A stretch of 64,000 nt of DNA, from the NCBI RefSeq assembly GCF_009834535.1, contig NC_045697.1, positions 70,558,001 to 70,622,000 of the forward strand. The letters are read 5' to 3'. This document shows, one piece after another, positions 13,588 through 26,935 of the stretch; the first letter of the stretch is position 1; the number at the start of each line of letters is the position of its first letter. This DNA is from Camelus ferus. Taxonomy: Eukaryota. The translations under genes and the position numbers were made by a program. The notes below the pieces were generated by a model. The model made no database searches and had not been told where the DNA came from. It saw only the letters and a list, made by a program, of their open reading frames with translations.

Positions 13588-13851
13588 ATGAATCTGGGAT
13601 GAGACTCAGGCATAAGTAGTTTTAAAGGCTCCTCATGTGATCCCAATGTGCAAAAAAGGTTGAGAATAACGTTATTAGAACAATGCTTCTTTAGCTTTAG
13701 CATGCATGGGATTCACCTGGAGAGCTTGTTAAAATATAAATTCTCAGGCTGTACTTGCAGATAGGTCTAGGTGGGGCTGATTTGTGTGGTTTTAATAAGC
13801 TCCCAGGTGAAGCTGATTCTGTTGGTCCATGGGCTACACTCAGTAGCACTG
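13588..13851. mobile_element. Two abutting MER5-type hAT-Charlie elements (13588-13671 partial; 13681-13851)
   Basis: Second copy caatgcttct...attcacctggagagcttgttaaaa...aagctcccaggtga...agtagcactg, flanked by an 8-bp TSD-like pair tattagaa/tattacag. Confidence 0.75.
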
Positions 13852-14324
13852 TATTACAGTGATGGTACAGCCTCCCTAAACTTTTAGACGGGTCTTCACC
13901 TCTGATATTATTGTCCAACTTTTAGTAACTAAAAACTTAGATCCAGCCTATTCCTACATTAATGAATTATTCCTTTGAGGAGAAAACAATTACCTAAAAA
14001 TAGTTTAGGCATAGGCTCTATCTTACATATTTGAGAAAGACCACTTGTCACTCACTGTACATTAGGTCATCCATCCTGACCCTAAATTCTGTGATGTAAA
14101 TTAACATCATGGCCATACGATCTTGGCCATGTGTTGACCAAGACACATTAACAAGCTTATTAACCTACCTTTTCCCCTTCACTGAAATTTTTGTTTAATA
14201 TCATATATTCTTGGTATCAGTGGGGCCTGATTCCCATGATTAAATGCCATTCCTTTTTCTGGATTCAATCTTTCTGGACTTTATTGGTACCATTTCTCAA
14301 ATTTTAAAAGTAGACTCAGAGGTC

Positions 14325-14480
14325 ATAGGAGTGAGGAGACTCAGTTCTAGTCTAACTTTGCCATTAATTCTCTGTTAGTCTGAAAAAGCTATCTTAAACT
14401 TACTGGGCCTCATTTTCTTCATCTATAAAATAAGGAGTTGGACAAAATGAACATTTTTAAGTTCTTTTCCAGTTCTAAAA
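14325..14480 (+). mobile_element. MIR SINE (MIR3/MIRc-like)
   Basis: ctgggcctcattttcttcatctataaaataaggagttggac...cttttccagttctaaaat. Confidence 0.75.
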
Positions 14481-15099
14481 TTGTCTCCTCTGTAATTTCA
14501 CAAAATATCAGACCCAGAGCAAAAAGTTATTTATTATGTGAGTATGTGTTGGTTCAGTGATTCAGTATATTAAAAAAAAAAAAAGTAGTTAAAATGCCTA
14601 GCTTTCTGGAGCTTTAGCTTCTCAAGTTTTAGGGCAGAGCAAATATAATTAAAATGGGTACAGTTCCATGGTGGCTTTGCATGATCCAGCTGTGGGTAGG
14701 AAATCTCTCCACAGAATCAACTTGAGACAATAAAAATCATCAGTTACAGTCTTCCTTGGCAAAACAAAAGGACTCTGTTATGCTGGCAGAAATTGTATTC
14801 TTCTGTATAAAAGTCTATGTGCCAAAACAAGTGACTTGATAACATTATTGCCAGATTCAAAAAAGTAAAATTAGTGATTTTAATAAGGGTACGAATTGGA
14901 GCTTCTAACCTGTTAGCTCCAGGTAGAGCTGTTGGGTAATTGACAGTCATCTACTGCAAAGGAGAGCTAAAAAGGTGGGATTTAGTTTATTACTGGTTTT
15001 AAAGACTAACAACGTAGTAACACACAATGCTTGGAAAAAAATTAGAAACTCTTTAGTTTGTTTTTTTTTAAGTAGATTATAAAACTTACTCTTAATTAC

Positions 15100-15460
15100 T
15101 CAATAATTTTACATCTGTATATATTTCCTAAGGAAATAATTAGAAATATGATAAAAGCCCCATTTATAAAGATGCTGAAGGTAGGTTTATATACACATAC
15201 AATAGGAAAATATTGGATGCAACCCAATGTTCAATAATAGAGCAAATTATTTCATCCATAGGATTGAATAATATGAAGACATAAAGTGAATTATAATGAT
15301 TATACAAAAACATTGAAAAACAGTTATAATATGTTGACTGATGAAACCCAGGTACATAATATGCACTGTAATAATCAAGATACAAAATCATGAATATAGA
15401 AAAGATGGAAAGTGACATTTTCCTTTACTTTTCTAACTTTTCACAATGTTTATGTGTTAT
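15100..15460 (+). mobile_element. Old L1 (L1ME-like) 3' fragment
   Basis: atttcctaaggaaataattagaaatatg...aacccaatgttcaataatagag. Confidence 0.55.
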
Positions 15461-15464
15461 CTTT

Positions 15465-15702
15465 ATATCATGCTGGTTAAGAACACACACTGTGCAGCCA
15501 TATGCCTGTGTTCGTATCTAGCTCCAAATTCTAGGTGAATTTGGAAAAGGTATTAACCTCTCCTCTCAGTTTGCTCATTTATGAAATGGGCATGATTTTA
15601 GCAGTTTTCTCATAGGTTGTGAAGATTTAATAAATTATGTATAAAAATCACTTAGAGGAAATGGCATATGGCAAGCACTGTATAAGTGTGCTATTTATTA
15701 TT
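15465..15702 (+). mobile_element. Near full-length MIR SINE
   Basis: tggttaagaacacacactgtgcagcca...ctcagtttgctcatttatgaaatggg...tggcatatggcaagcactgtataagtg. Confidence 0.85.
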
Positions 15703-16499
15703 GTTTAAAATGTGTCTTGCTTCATCTATAATGTCTTTTATATTGATAGAAATATTACACTTTTTTTAAAATAAAGAGAATATAAAAAGTTTCTTTCTCA
15801 GGTCCCTCTGACACATATACACCAATTCCCCACAATTGAGGAAAACTTGCTGGTAAGGTTATACATAATCTCTGCTCTGCTCACATTCTGCATTTATATC
15901 CTATTTCTTGGGAAGTTTCTTACAGTACACTTAAATAAGCCAATTGATTTACAGTTACTCACTTACATGTGAGGCTTCAGTGATTATCATTGGGCTCACT
16001 TAAAATGAGACACTAACTTTTGTTTTTGCTTGAGTCTCCAAAATCATCAGAGAATCTCTGAGTGTCTTTGACATGCTGTGATCCTGGTCAGCAAATGAGG
16101 AAAACTTATTTTTATAACAACAATCCATTATAGGCAATTTCATTTCCAAAAATGCTGAATGCCAGAATCTAACTTTACTTCTTCTAAAACTCCCTGGCAC
16201 AGAATTTGTTTCCATAGTTATGAGGCAATACAGAAGTACTAAAACACAAACTCATTAAAAAGAAAACAAAAAACTTTTAAGGAAACTTTTAAAATGAGAA
16301 AGTAGTTGGAATATTTGGAAGGAGATGAGACCTAAGTATGGATAAATATTAGTAGTGACATGTAGATATTTCTAAACATTTAGTAACACATTTTAAATTA
16401 GAAGGAAAGCTGGAAAGAAATTCCTTGATCCACTGTGCTTTAGTTCTAGAACAACTGTCCAGAGGCAGCGACTCTTTTTTTGCTTTTATTTTCAGTTCT

Positions 16500-17410
16500 T
16501 ATTTTTATTCTATATACTTAATATGTTCTGGTACTACTATGTCTTGATTGGCCAGTTTTTTTCTAATCTGGGAAACTGTTTTATCTGGCAAGTTAGTGCT
16601 TTTGTATATGTAATGGTTACTGATATATTTAAATGATTTCCACAATCTTATTTTTTGATTTCTTTTATTCCAATGCTTTTCCCTTTCCTCTATCCTTTTC
16701 TGATCTTTTGAATTTATCAAGATTTTATAAATTTTCTTATTTGCTTCAACTAGTTAGTATATTTGCTGGTTACTTGTCTTAACAAACTTACATTGACTGC
16801 TCTTCCAACACTGAACCAAATTTATAATTAACATAAACCCACTTTTCTCACAATTCTTTTCATATATTGCTGTTTCTGAGTTGCGAATACTTTAGGTTTT
16901 TGTTTTGGTTTTGGTTTGTTTGTTTTTTTAACCAACATTTTTGGGATTTGCTATCTAGGTGATTGCTAATTCTTAAAATTGGTTGAATCAATTGAGAATT
17001 GAAACACTTCTTCAATTCTTTAGAAGAGTTTGTGTACATTAAAATTACTTCTCCCTTAATGTTTAATAGAACTCAGTAGAAAAATCTTGCCTGGAGTTTT
17101 TGTGGTAGAAAGTTTTAAATTACTGACTTGAGTAATTTAATATTAAAATGTTTTAAGAACTTATTACAAATTAAAGTGTTTTTGTCTGTCAAATCTGTAA
17201 TGATAGCTTCTTCCATGAATGACTAAACTTGTTGTTTCTCCCTCTCTCTCCATCAACCTATTACTTTTAAGTCTTTTCAATTACTTTTGACTTTGTTGAC
17301 CCTCTCTACTGTGTATTTGTTCTCTGTTTTGTTAATATCTTCTCTTCTCTTTCTTTGATATTATTGATCTTCCAACTTCTTGTGAAGGATTCTTGGCTCA
17401 TTTACTTAAA
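16500..17410 (-). mobile_element. Old L1 fragments
   Basis: T-rich antisense L1-like text, e.g. agaagagtttgtgtacatt...aatgtttaatagaactcagtag...cctggagttttt...ttttaaattactgact. Confidence 0.6.
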
Positions 17411-17518
17411 ACTATACAGTTTTCTCTACATGGTGGTTTAGTTGCATCCTGTGAATTTAGGTATGAAGTATTTGAATCTTATTCAACGAAGTGGATCTGA
17501 GTGGAGCCAGAGGAGGTC

Positions 17519-17943
17519 TGTGGTGAATGCTGTGATGTGCCCCCTGATCCCCCTTCAGAAAGGAATAAGCTCACCAGTTGCTGAGAGCCCTCCAGGCAGA
17601 AATCCTTCCCCTCCAGGCCCCCTGCATCTACCGCCTTGATTGATGAGAGCTGCCTGTGCAAGGTGATGCTTCCTTCCCTGGGCACCTGCAGCCAGTGCCT
17701 GACTGACCTGGGCTGTAACTTCCTGACCCTCCCTTCCCAACATGGGACAGCACTCAAGGGTCAGCTTCAAAACTCCCCTTAGAGTCAGCTCAGGTTTCTG
17801 CTGCTATTTCATCACAGCTGTATCTCTCCTGTCCAGTATTGTTTTCTTCCCTTTCTTCCCTCAGATACTGTTCTGGAGTACTCTCTAAAAATTTTCCGGC
17901 AGAGTAATCTCTGTGTCATTCTTCTTCTAGAGAATGACCTACA
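17519..17943 (+). mobile_element. Solo ERV-L LTR (LTR16-like)
   Basis: Starts TGtggtgaatgctgtgatgtgcc; 3' part ctgtccagtattgttttcttccc...gagtactctctaaaaatt...aatctctgtgtc...gacctaCA; GC-richer than its flanks. Confidence 0.7.
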
Positions 17944-19569
17944 AGAAAAGGCTTTCTGGAGGAAAGGATATTCAACCTGAGAACTAAAGAAAGTGTGTAT
18001 AAGAATATGTACAATAAGTACCAACAGCTCACGTGGTTGGAGAGTAGGTGTGTGCATACGTGTGTGTGCTAACGTGGACGGATGGTGGGGAAGGATGTGT
18101 TATAAGAGATAGAACGAGAAAAGCAAGCTTTACCTAAATGACAAAGGCTCTTATAATCTACCTTGAGAAGTTTGGGGTCTTGCATCCCACTAACAGTGCT
18201 GTGGCTGTAGGTGCTAGGCACAGTTCACTGATTAGAAGAGCTAGGTGGGAACTCTACCAGATAGAATTCAACAGTATAAAGGGAGACAGATCTCATTCAA
18301 ATAGTAAAGATATTATCATTTCTTGAAGCATGATAGCACTTAGCCAACAACAAATGTTTGCAGAGAAAATGATAACTAAATGATTACAGAATTTCTAACT
18401 ACCTAGTTCCTCATTAGAAGTCCATCTCACTGTTGACTTACCCAGCAGGATTTTAGACAATGTTTTTGCTCTGTTGGGGCCATGCAGCCTTCTACTCTTA
18501 TGACTTGCAGGCAAATAGCACCCACTGGGAAAATTCTACTGCACATTGTCAGTTTTCAGATATGCAACCAGATCACTGCTGTGCTTTATTAAAGGCATAA
18601 ATCTGAACTTGTGCTGAATATGTACAAAGGAAATTTGATTTGTACATCTTTATAACATCAAAGAGTTACTCCAGTTTCCAAAGGCAGCCTACTTACTGTC
18701 TCATTAAAAGATCAGCACCACAGTAATATTTTCCAATAGGTGATATCATTGACAGGTCTGTGTTTCCCATGTTTTAAATGCAGTGGAGAATTCAACAGAA
18801 TCATAAATAAAATCCAAGCTAATACCTACTTCTTCAGTTGTCAATAATTCATCAGACATGGGAAAATAATGATTTTATTATGACAAAAAATCCAGTTAAA
18901 ATTAAGCTTTTTGGATAGAAATTTCTTTCTATAAGTATTTAGAGAATCCAAGTAGAAGTGGGTGACAGAAAGAGAATGAAAAGAGGAGGAAGAGAGGAAA
19001 GTGAGGAGATATCCACCTGTGCTTGATTGAAGAGAAAAATAATGATGTTTTTCTGAAGATTTGAATAAGCACTTCAAAGATCTGCCACCAGCAAAAAAGT
19101 CAGCAGAGTCACTTTGTTAATGAATTCAGCTAGGAAAGCAGCAAATCCTGTTGCATAATAAAGGACTTCAAAAGCAGTGTTGCAACTCCTGAGTGACATG
19201 CTGTTAACCTTACCAGTTCAGTGTATCCAGGAGGAAACAATGTTTGTGTGTAAAGTTTCATAAAAAGAATTGGTAGGCACAGGGATATTTTGTGGTTACA
19301 TTCACTTCAGAGTAGCTGCTGCAAGAATTAAAAGCACAAAAATTCTGTAGCCCAACACAAGAGAAGTTATTTCTCACACATAGAGAAATCCAAGGATGAT
19401 TAGTAATATGTTCTCACCTACCTGCAGTGGAGGCTGGGAAATTTAATCTGTGCCTGCGAAGCCACTTCTCAATGTCATCTCTGGGCTCTGGCAATTTTTA
19501 GTGAGCAGTTGACTCTCTTCCATGTGAGCCATCACTGTCTTCAGAAAATAGCAACAGATCCCCTCACCC

Positions 19570-20006
19570 CTTTTTTTAAATTGAGCTATAGTCAGTTTAC
19601 AATACTGTGTTAATTTCTGGTGTACAGCATACTGATTCAGTTATATATATATATTCCTTTTCATATTATTTTCTATTATAGGCCATTACAAGGTATTGAA
19701 TATAGTTCCCTGTACTATACAGTAGGACCTTATTGTTTATCTATTTTATTTATAGTAATTAGTATCTGCATATCCCAAACTCCCAAGTTATCCCTTCCCA
19801 ACCTCTTTCCCCGCTGGTAACCATAGTTTGTTTTCTATGTCTGTGGGTCTGTCTTTGTTTTGCAAATAAGTTCATTGTGTCTTTTTTTTTTTTTTTTTTT
19901 TTTTTTTAGATTCCACATCTAAGTGACATCATATGGTATTTTTCTTTCTCTTTCTGGCTTACTTAGAGTGACGATCTCCAGTCTCCACCCATGTTGCTGC
20001 AAATGG
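19570..20006 (-). mobile_element. Younger artiodactyl-type L1 3' end (5' truncated)
   Basis: Poly-T, then attgagctatagtcagtttacaatactgtg...gaatatagttccctgtactatacagtagg...gattccacat; partial direct repeat agatcccc on both sides. Confidence 0.85.
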
Positions 20007-22149
20007 ATAGATCCCCCTTTGTTTTACTTTTCTAATAATTTCTGCATTGGAATGCACACTTCTGATCTATGTCCAGTCCTTTACGTTCATTTAGAAATAA
20101 AAAGGATTCTATTCAGTTCATTTTAACACAAATTTTTGTACTAAATATTACAGGGATCTAAGATTGTTGAGGCACAGAGTCTGTGAATATTAATAGTGAA
20201 TAAACTATTGTTAGGATCCTCAGGGAAAATATAGAGAATATGTTCTAATAAGATTCAATTTCAGTGCAGAGCTGTGCTAGTCTCTTGTAAGAGTGTGAGA
20301 GGTTTACTTTTTTATATATATATTTTAATGAAACACCTTTCATTGAAGGATCAATTGTCACAAATTGTCACAACTGTCCTGACATTCGAATTGTTTGTTT
20401 ATGTCACAGGTCAATAAATGAAATAAACTTTGTGAGATTTTAGTGACTCTCTAAAGTGTAACCATACAGAGACCTTGATATGCATCAAAAATGTCTGATT
20501 TTAAAGTAAAGGCTTCTCAATTCCGTCTTTCCAAAGTGGAGGAATAGCATAAGGCAGACTCAGAGGAGCCAGTGTTAAAATAACATAACACATGGGGTCA
20601 GTCTTTTATTGATAACTAATAATTGATAACTTCTTTTAATGAGTTTTAGCTCAAGAAGTTTCCCCCAGACTAAGGAGGATGGCAAGTCCCACAACCACAG
20701 CACACACAGTAAATAGGTCTCACCTCTATCCTCACTGTCTATGTTCTTCAGTTCTCCACAGGTCAGGTTTAAAACTCCTAATTCTACTCTTATCCTTTTT
20801 GATAAAAAAAATCAAATGCATTTTGGATCTTCATATGGAATTAGATATTGTAATGGAAAGAATGAAATCCAAAGGGTCTGGATCTGCCATTGTGTAACCT
20901 GAAATAGGCATTTAATCATCAGAGTCTTAGTAGTTTCCTCATGTGTGAATTCAGACTTTCAGATTAACGAAGCTTCAGTGGCCTATATACACTGTTTGGG
21001 GAGTCTATTATTCTAACACATTTCTGTGTAATTATGTTGCCCATGCAGGGAATTCCAGTGTAAAAAGAAAGTCCAGTGGATATAGAATATTTCAATAATG
21101 GCCCTTTTGTTATTTAGATGTAAATTTACCTACTTGTTCAGTTTGGAAATCAGTTTGCTTATGCTACCTTCTATTTGTCTTTAGCTTCTTCTGTGCTATA
21201 TCCTTCTTATCCCTATGAATGCAAATTACTGACTACCTGAAATTTATTTTATAAGCAACAAGCTTAAAATTTTGCACAATTCTTATGTTTGGCAAAACTC
21301 TGCAGAGGAAGATAACGTATTGAAAAGAAATAGGCTTGGTTTTGGGAATACTTCCAATTTTGATTCCTTGGCAGGGTTGGACTTCCACTGGAAAATAAAA
21401 TTAGCCAAAGCTTTAGCTCAAAATCTTTTGAAAGATAAAGCTATGGGGATTACTCTAATGTATTCAAGGTGTTCATGTACTTTGAGTACAGCTAATAATA
21501 AGCTCCCTGGAAAATATGATGAAGACACTGGCAGATTATCAAAGTTCAACAAAATCAACTTCATGTACATCCAAGACTACCATTTCCAAAATAGGCTGGT
21601 GGATCGAGGTTTACTGTTTCATTTGGAATGGTAACTATCGGAGTGTGGGAGGCACTTTTCATAATCACAGGGATGGGACAGTAAGCTTTGCCTCCTACAT
21701 TCAGTATGTGTCCTGATGCTGCTTTGTCTTTGCATCTGAAATTCCAAGTAGCTTCTTCCAGAGCAAAAGGCCACCCAGGAGCTGGAATGAAAGGAGAATG
21801 GTAAGGAATTTGTGGTGAAATTTGACTGCAGTCCCCAAAAGCCCCTTTCCTGTATTTGTAATGAGTATAGAGTAATATTTGAGTGCTTATAATGGGATAG
21901 ATATTCTACCCAATAAACTCGGCCTCTAGGGATTCTGGAATAGCATTGTTTTCTTCTCAGATTGACTGGGCTTCAGAAGTGACAAAAGAAATTTCTTCAC
22001 TGTTCCAAAATACAGAAAAACTAATAGAAATATTTCAAATCATGAATTTTCCTAGTAATCTAGCTACATCTAGGATTCATAGAGAGGGCTTTATTTTCAG
22101 AACTGAAGAAATAGGCTCGCTTTCTATTCAGGAATTATATAACTGCTAG

Positions 22150-22375
22150 CAGTCGTTTTCAACTAGGAGGTGACGTGAAGATTATATCAGTCACTTGTGA
22201 CACTTTTTCAACTCATGCATTCTCTTCTCTCAACAGGCACCGTTTCTCCCCAAGATTTTGGTGCATTCTTGCCCATGGGCAGCACGGCTATAATCTGTCA
22301 CTGTGATTAATAGTTACTTATAAGAGTGGGTTGTGGCGCCTAGATATTGGAGTGGGAAAAAGGTTGAGAAACAGT
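22150..22375. mobile_element. hAT-Charlie non-autonomous element
   Basis: TIR-like ends cagtcgttttcaac ... ggttgagaaacagt, resembling cagtggttctcaac/gttgagaaccactg. Confidence 0.55.
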
Positions 22376-24701
22376 TCCTGTGTCTTGGAGCAATGCTTCT
22401 TGACAGTGTCCCTAGTTCTTCAGGATTTATGAAGTTAGTAACGGAGATCTGTAGGCGGTGTTCATTATTTTTTAAAACAACCTTATGGAAACTATAAGCC
22501 TACTGACAATAAAGCTGCTCTAGCTGCTGGATAAAACTTTGTCTCTTGCTACAAGCTGAAGTTGTATCAACTCATGGTGATGAGCTCACTATCTCCAGCT
22601 GTTGGGAAGCTCTTGATGAATGCTTCCAAATGCCTTGGTGAATAGAAATGGAAAAATGAATTTCTATTTAACTAAGTATGGTTATTTGTTACATAGACTG
22701 TTTCAAAATATAGAACACATAGAAAAAAATAATTAAAAGGGCTTGCAGCATCTCAAAGTTTTGGCAACCACTGGCCTCAAATGAGATAGAATTATCTCAG
22801 AAGAATTTCTACTAGGAAATATCTGTTGATTTCTCTTTAATCGGTAACTTATTGATAGTAACATCTGTATGTATGTTATGGCACAGATACGTATATTGTT
22901 CTGAAATAGAACTAGAGAAAGAACATCAAGTCTATTAATTAAGGAGAGGGTTCTCCATATATTGACAGCTGTAAGCACTTATTAATTTTAATTATGACCT
23001 TTAAAAATTATTCCAGTTTTATTTATCTTCAGTAAATTTGAATTCCACACCCTTGCTTTTCCTGGGATGGGTGCCGTGGGTGGTGAGATTGTGGGAGGCT
23101 CAACTTAAGAATGCATTTTTACAAAATTACTCTCATCAGTAAGTTCTGGGTGTTACATAAGGTATGAATGATTGACCTCAAAAATAAATCTGCAGATATG
23201 ATTCTCTTTAATGTAGTTGTCACTACTTTTTGTATAATGGTTGATAAATTAGAGTCTGGGCATTTGGATCTCTTTCTTTCTATTATAGAATTAGTAAGAA
23301 TTTCTATCAGCCACCTATTAGGAAAGTTGTTGCTGAAGCAAGAAAATCATGAAGCAGAGATAGGAGCCCTTGAAAGCGGCCAGGCTTTTAAGTTTTAAGG
23401 AGCAGAAAGCTCTTTGTCCTTTTCTCTACTTTCTTCATAATTCCAATTAGAATTAGAGGCAGAAGGACAAAGAGTGACAGGGCTCTGTAAAATGGCAGTG
23501 AGGAACACAGGCATGAGAAGGGTGACGTAGGTTCAAGATGAACAATTATCTGGGTCTGTTGGTGGGATCTCCAAGGTATCAGCAAGAAAACAATGAAAGA
23601 AGGTTGACTTGCTGATTTTCCTGGAAGAAAGATGTTGTTTAATTCTGAAACTAAAGTGCATTCTAGAAGAATTCTGCTTTTTCGAACAAGAGTTAACAAG
23701 TTCTTGAGACTCCTGGTCATCCTTTTAAGTTGCTCCAAGAAAGAGCAAAAATAACATTATAAATATCAACCCCAATCCATTAGCATACTTATTTAACAAT
23801 TGTTTGGCACTCTTGCAGTGACTCTGGGCTGTATCATTTCAGTGTTCAGTTGGTGGTCATAGCAACTCTTCAGTCAGATTTTAACAAAAGGAGGTTGGGC
23901 AGAGAAAGAAAGAAACGAAACGAAGGATGCCAAGCATTTGCTTTGTGAAATAATACTATAGGGATTCATCTTTTTGAAATCCCGTTCTCATCTCTGCCTG
24001 CTTCCACTGTAAAGCAGGGAGATGAGTCGGGAACTTGAAAGTTTGACATCTGTCCCACTTCCTGTGTCTCACATCGCCCCTTGGTCAGCGTGTGCAGACA
24101 GCAGAGGGGAGGAAGCCCAGAGCACAGCAATCAGAGAACCAGCACAATACAGAGCCTTTATTCTGTGGCCCATCGAGTCAGAGGGCTCTGTCGGGAAGGG
24201 AGTTTGTCAGGTTTACAGGTGCTGTGAGAACCTAGCAAACAGTTGCAGGGAAAAGTCAAGAGATCATTGCATTGTCCGTCTGTCAGCAATTCCAAAGTTA
24301 CCTTTCCCCTGCTTTGAACTCAGTGAGTTTTTTTATGCTTTTTCTTCCTCCCCATCACAAAACTCAGTGTAGTGCTCTGTATGTGTAGTGCTCTGTATGC
24401 ACATTGGCCTCTCAACAATTGTGGGCAGGTTGGAAATATGATACATTTGAAATAATAGAATGGGACAGGGTGAGGATCTAACGTAGGAACCCTAACTGAT
24501 GAATGGTCCCGAATCCTCCCTGGTGTTGGAGCAGGGTCTGCTTTTGGCAGGGCCGTGCCTGTGAGGGGCAGGACTACTCACAGACGACTAGCTTGCAGAC
24601 TCTCTCTTGCCTGAGAACTTTTGGAGCTGGGCCGCTGCGTTAGACCCTTCCTCCCAGCCCTCCTTCCTTTCCCGGGTCCTTCCGCAGGAGTCGGACCTGC
24701 A

Positions 24702-24715
24702 GCGCCCTCTGGAGG
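24702..24715 (-). promoter_or_regulatory. CTCF-like motif in a CpG-enriched patch
   Basis: Minus strand CCTCCAGAGGGCGC vs consensus CCASYAGRKGGCRS, one mismatch. Confidence 0.4.
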
Positions 24716-24974
24716 TTCCCCGGCTCCTCCTCTTTGCCCCACACGGGGGATTTTCTCCAGTGAGTCTCTTGCAGGTCTAATGCTGTGTTCGCAACTGTTC
24801 CTCAGAGGAGTTGAGCTGAAACAAGGGAAAGAGACTTTCTCCCATGGTTTAGAGCTCTACATTAGAATGTAAATAATGTGTTAGGGAAAAAACTGAGGGA
24901 CAAAAAGGAGATACTCAAGTGGAATTCCAAATTGTGCTTGGTTCCCCTCTCTCCCTTAACCTTTTGCCTCTTCG

Positions 24975-25178
24975 CAGCCCGCTGGCCAATATTTCTGTAA
25001 AAGGCAAGATGGTCTCTGCGGCAACTACACAATCTTCCACTGTAGAGTGAAAGCACCCAGAGACACCTTCTAAAGGAATGGACACGGTTATGTTCCAATA
25101 AAACTTTAAAAAAAAAAAAAAAAAAAAAACCAGTGGCAGGGCTTATTTGCCCTGTGGGTCCTGTTTTGCCCACCCTGG
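24975..25178 (+). mobile_element. MER58A-like hAT-Charlie element
   Basis: tttctgtaaaaggcaagat...ggtctctgcggcaactacac...tgttccaataaaacttta...ttttgcccaccctg. Confidence 0.8.
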
Positions 25179-26389
25179 GTCTTTCAGGTTAATATTGGAG
25201 ATTTCCTTTGGCTGAATTATTCAGTTATTTACTTAGGCCCCTGGAAACTGATCATTTAAAGCTAAAAAGAACAGAGAATCTGTGTTCTGCATTGGTATCT
25301 TCTCCTTTAGAAGTACCTCACCCTACAGACAGCATTCAGGCTCTTTCCTGGGGAGCTCGTGAGTGTCCCATGGTGCTCACTCCCCAGATTGCTTTCATTT
25401 GCTTACAAATTTGCTAAGCACTTCACTTCCTATTCTGACAAAGGAAACTTCATTTTTTTCTTGTTGCTGGAAATTTTAAAGCTGAAATATAACAAGATGA
25501 TGACTGCATCTTACAAAAGCTTCTAGCAACTACAGTAAGAGTCACCATGACAACTCACATCTTTTTGGATTAAAGCATTTTGGAGTAGGAGTTGATGAGG
25601 AAAAAAAAACATTGCATGCAGCCAACTGAGATTTTGACTTTAGCTAGAAAAATACCCTGGGGTTTCCCTAGATGTGTAGGGGTTGGGAAGCAGGAAGCAG
25701 AGCTGATAAAGGTCCCATGGTCAAGAACAAACCCAGGTAAGAGGTCAGTCAATCAAGTGGCCAAGTACGCTGCTGCTGCAAGTGAGATGAGAAGGTTTTA
25801 CTTCCCTGATTACTTAATTGGTGGTGACTTTCAGTATTTTGTTTTATATACTTAAGGTCACTTTATTTAGATCCTTGCCTGGATACTATACTTGGATTGT
25901 ACCATTCTGGAAGAAAGGATTTGGAAAAGGGCACTGGACCTAGTGGGATTCCCTTTGGCACTTGTTGTTCCAAACATTAAGACAGAATAGCAGGAAATGG
26001 CCTCGGCTCTAGAACAGTGATCTGGGATGGTTGGCCTTTCTCTTGAGATCTGTGACTCAGAATGGACTTCCAAGCCATCCCTTTGTCTCTTGGCACTTCA
26101 CCCTGATGCCTTTGTCCTTCCCTCCCTCTTCATTCTTGTTGAGGACTAGCTAGCAAAATAAGTAGTAGGTGATAAAGCTTCATTTACACAAAGCTTCTTA
26201 AAAATACTATCAAGGTGAAGTGCTTTTAATGAAGCACCCATAGGTGTGAGGGTTAATCATCAAATTGGTGATTATATCAATGATAATGATATAATTAATA
26301 TAAATCATTAGTGACAACAATAATAGTTAAAGTGATGGACTAAGCATGATCACAGTGACCTCTAAAATAATAGTGAAATCTGTATCAGC

Positions 26390-26930
26390 ACATTTGATTT
26401 TTACAGTATCTTGTGTACTCAGCATTTTTAGATTAGAAAATTTAGGCTCAGAGTTTAATTCTGATTGAATGATTCTACCAAGGGCATAAAGCTGACAATT
26501 CATAAGGTTGAAATTGTTGGCTAGTCTGGCCTCTGATGACTGAAATGGTGGTTAGGCTTAGAACTCTGAAGCCAGGTGATCTGGGTTTGAATCCTGGTTC
26601 TCCTCTTTTCATGGTAAGCTACTCAGCCTTTCTGTCTCTGCCCCACAGGGCTGTTAGAAGGATTAAATGAGTAGTATTTGGATAATGTTTAGAGCCATGC
26701 TTGGCACACATACTAAATTAATGTTTGTAAAATAAATAAATATACCCCATTGGTTCTGAGAGTTAGCCAACATTAGGAAATCTACCTGAACTTTCTAAGC
26801 TTCATTTACTATTAATCTGCAAAATGGAGATAACAAAAGCATCTACCTTACAAGTGTTTACAAGGCTAATTGGACTCAACGTAAGGTCTTAATATAATGC
26901 CTGGGGACTTATTAAGGGCTCTATTTTTGT
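26390..26930. mobile_element. Cluster of three MIR fragments (- , + , +)
   Basis: ctctgaagccaggtgatctgggtttgaatcctggttc; ctgttagaaggattaaatgag; atctgcaaaatggagataac; preceded by an antisense core. Confidence 0.7.
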
Positions 26931-26935
26931 TAGCT

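Noticed and set aside
21272..21716. Overlapping ORFs (120 aa and 66 aa) as a possible exon or processed pseudogene
   Set aside because: No frame on either strand resembles a protein I recognise, and there is no poly(A) or TSD.
25097..25129. AATAAA followed by a long A run, suggesting a retrocopy 3' end
   Set aside because: It lies inside MER58A, whose consensus has aataaaacttt and a short A run here; best explained as slippage expansion.
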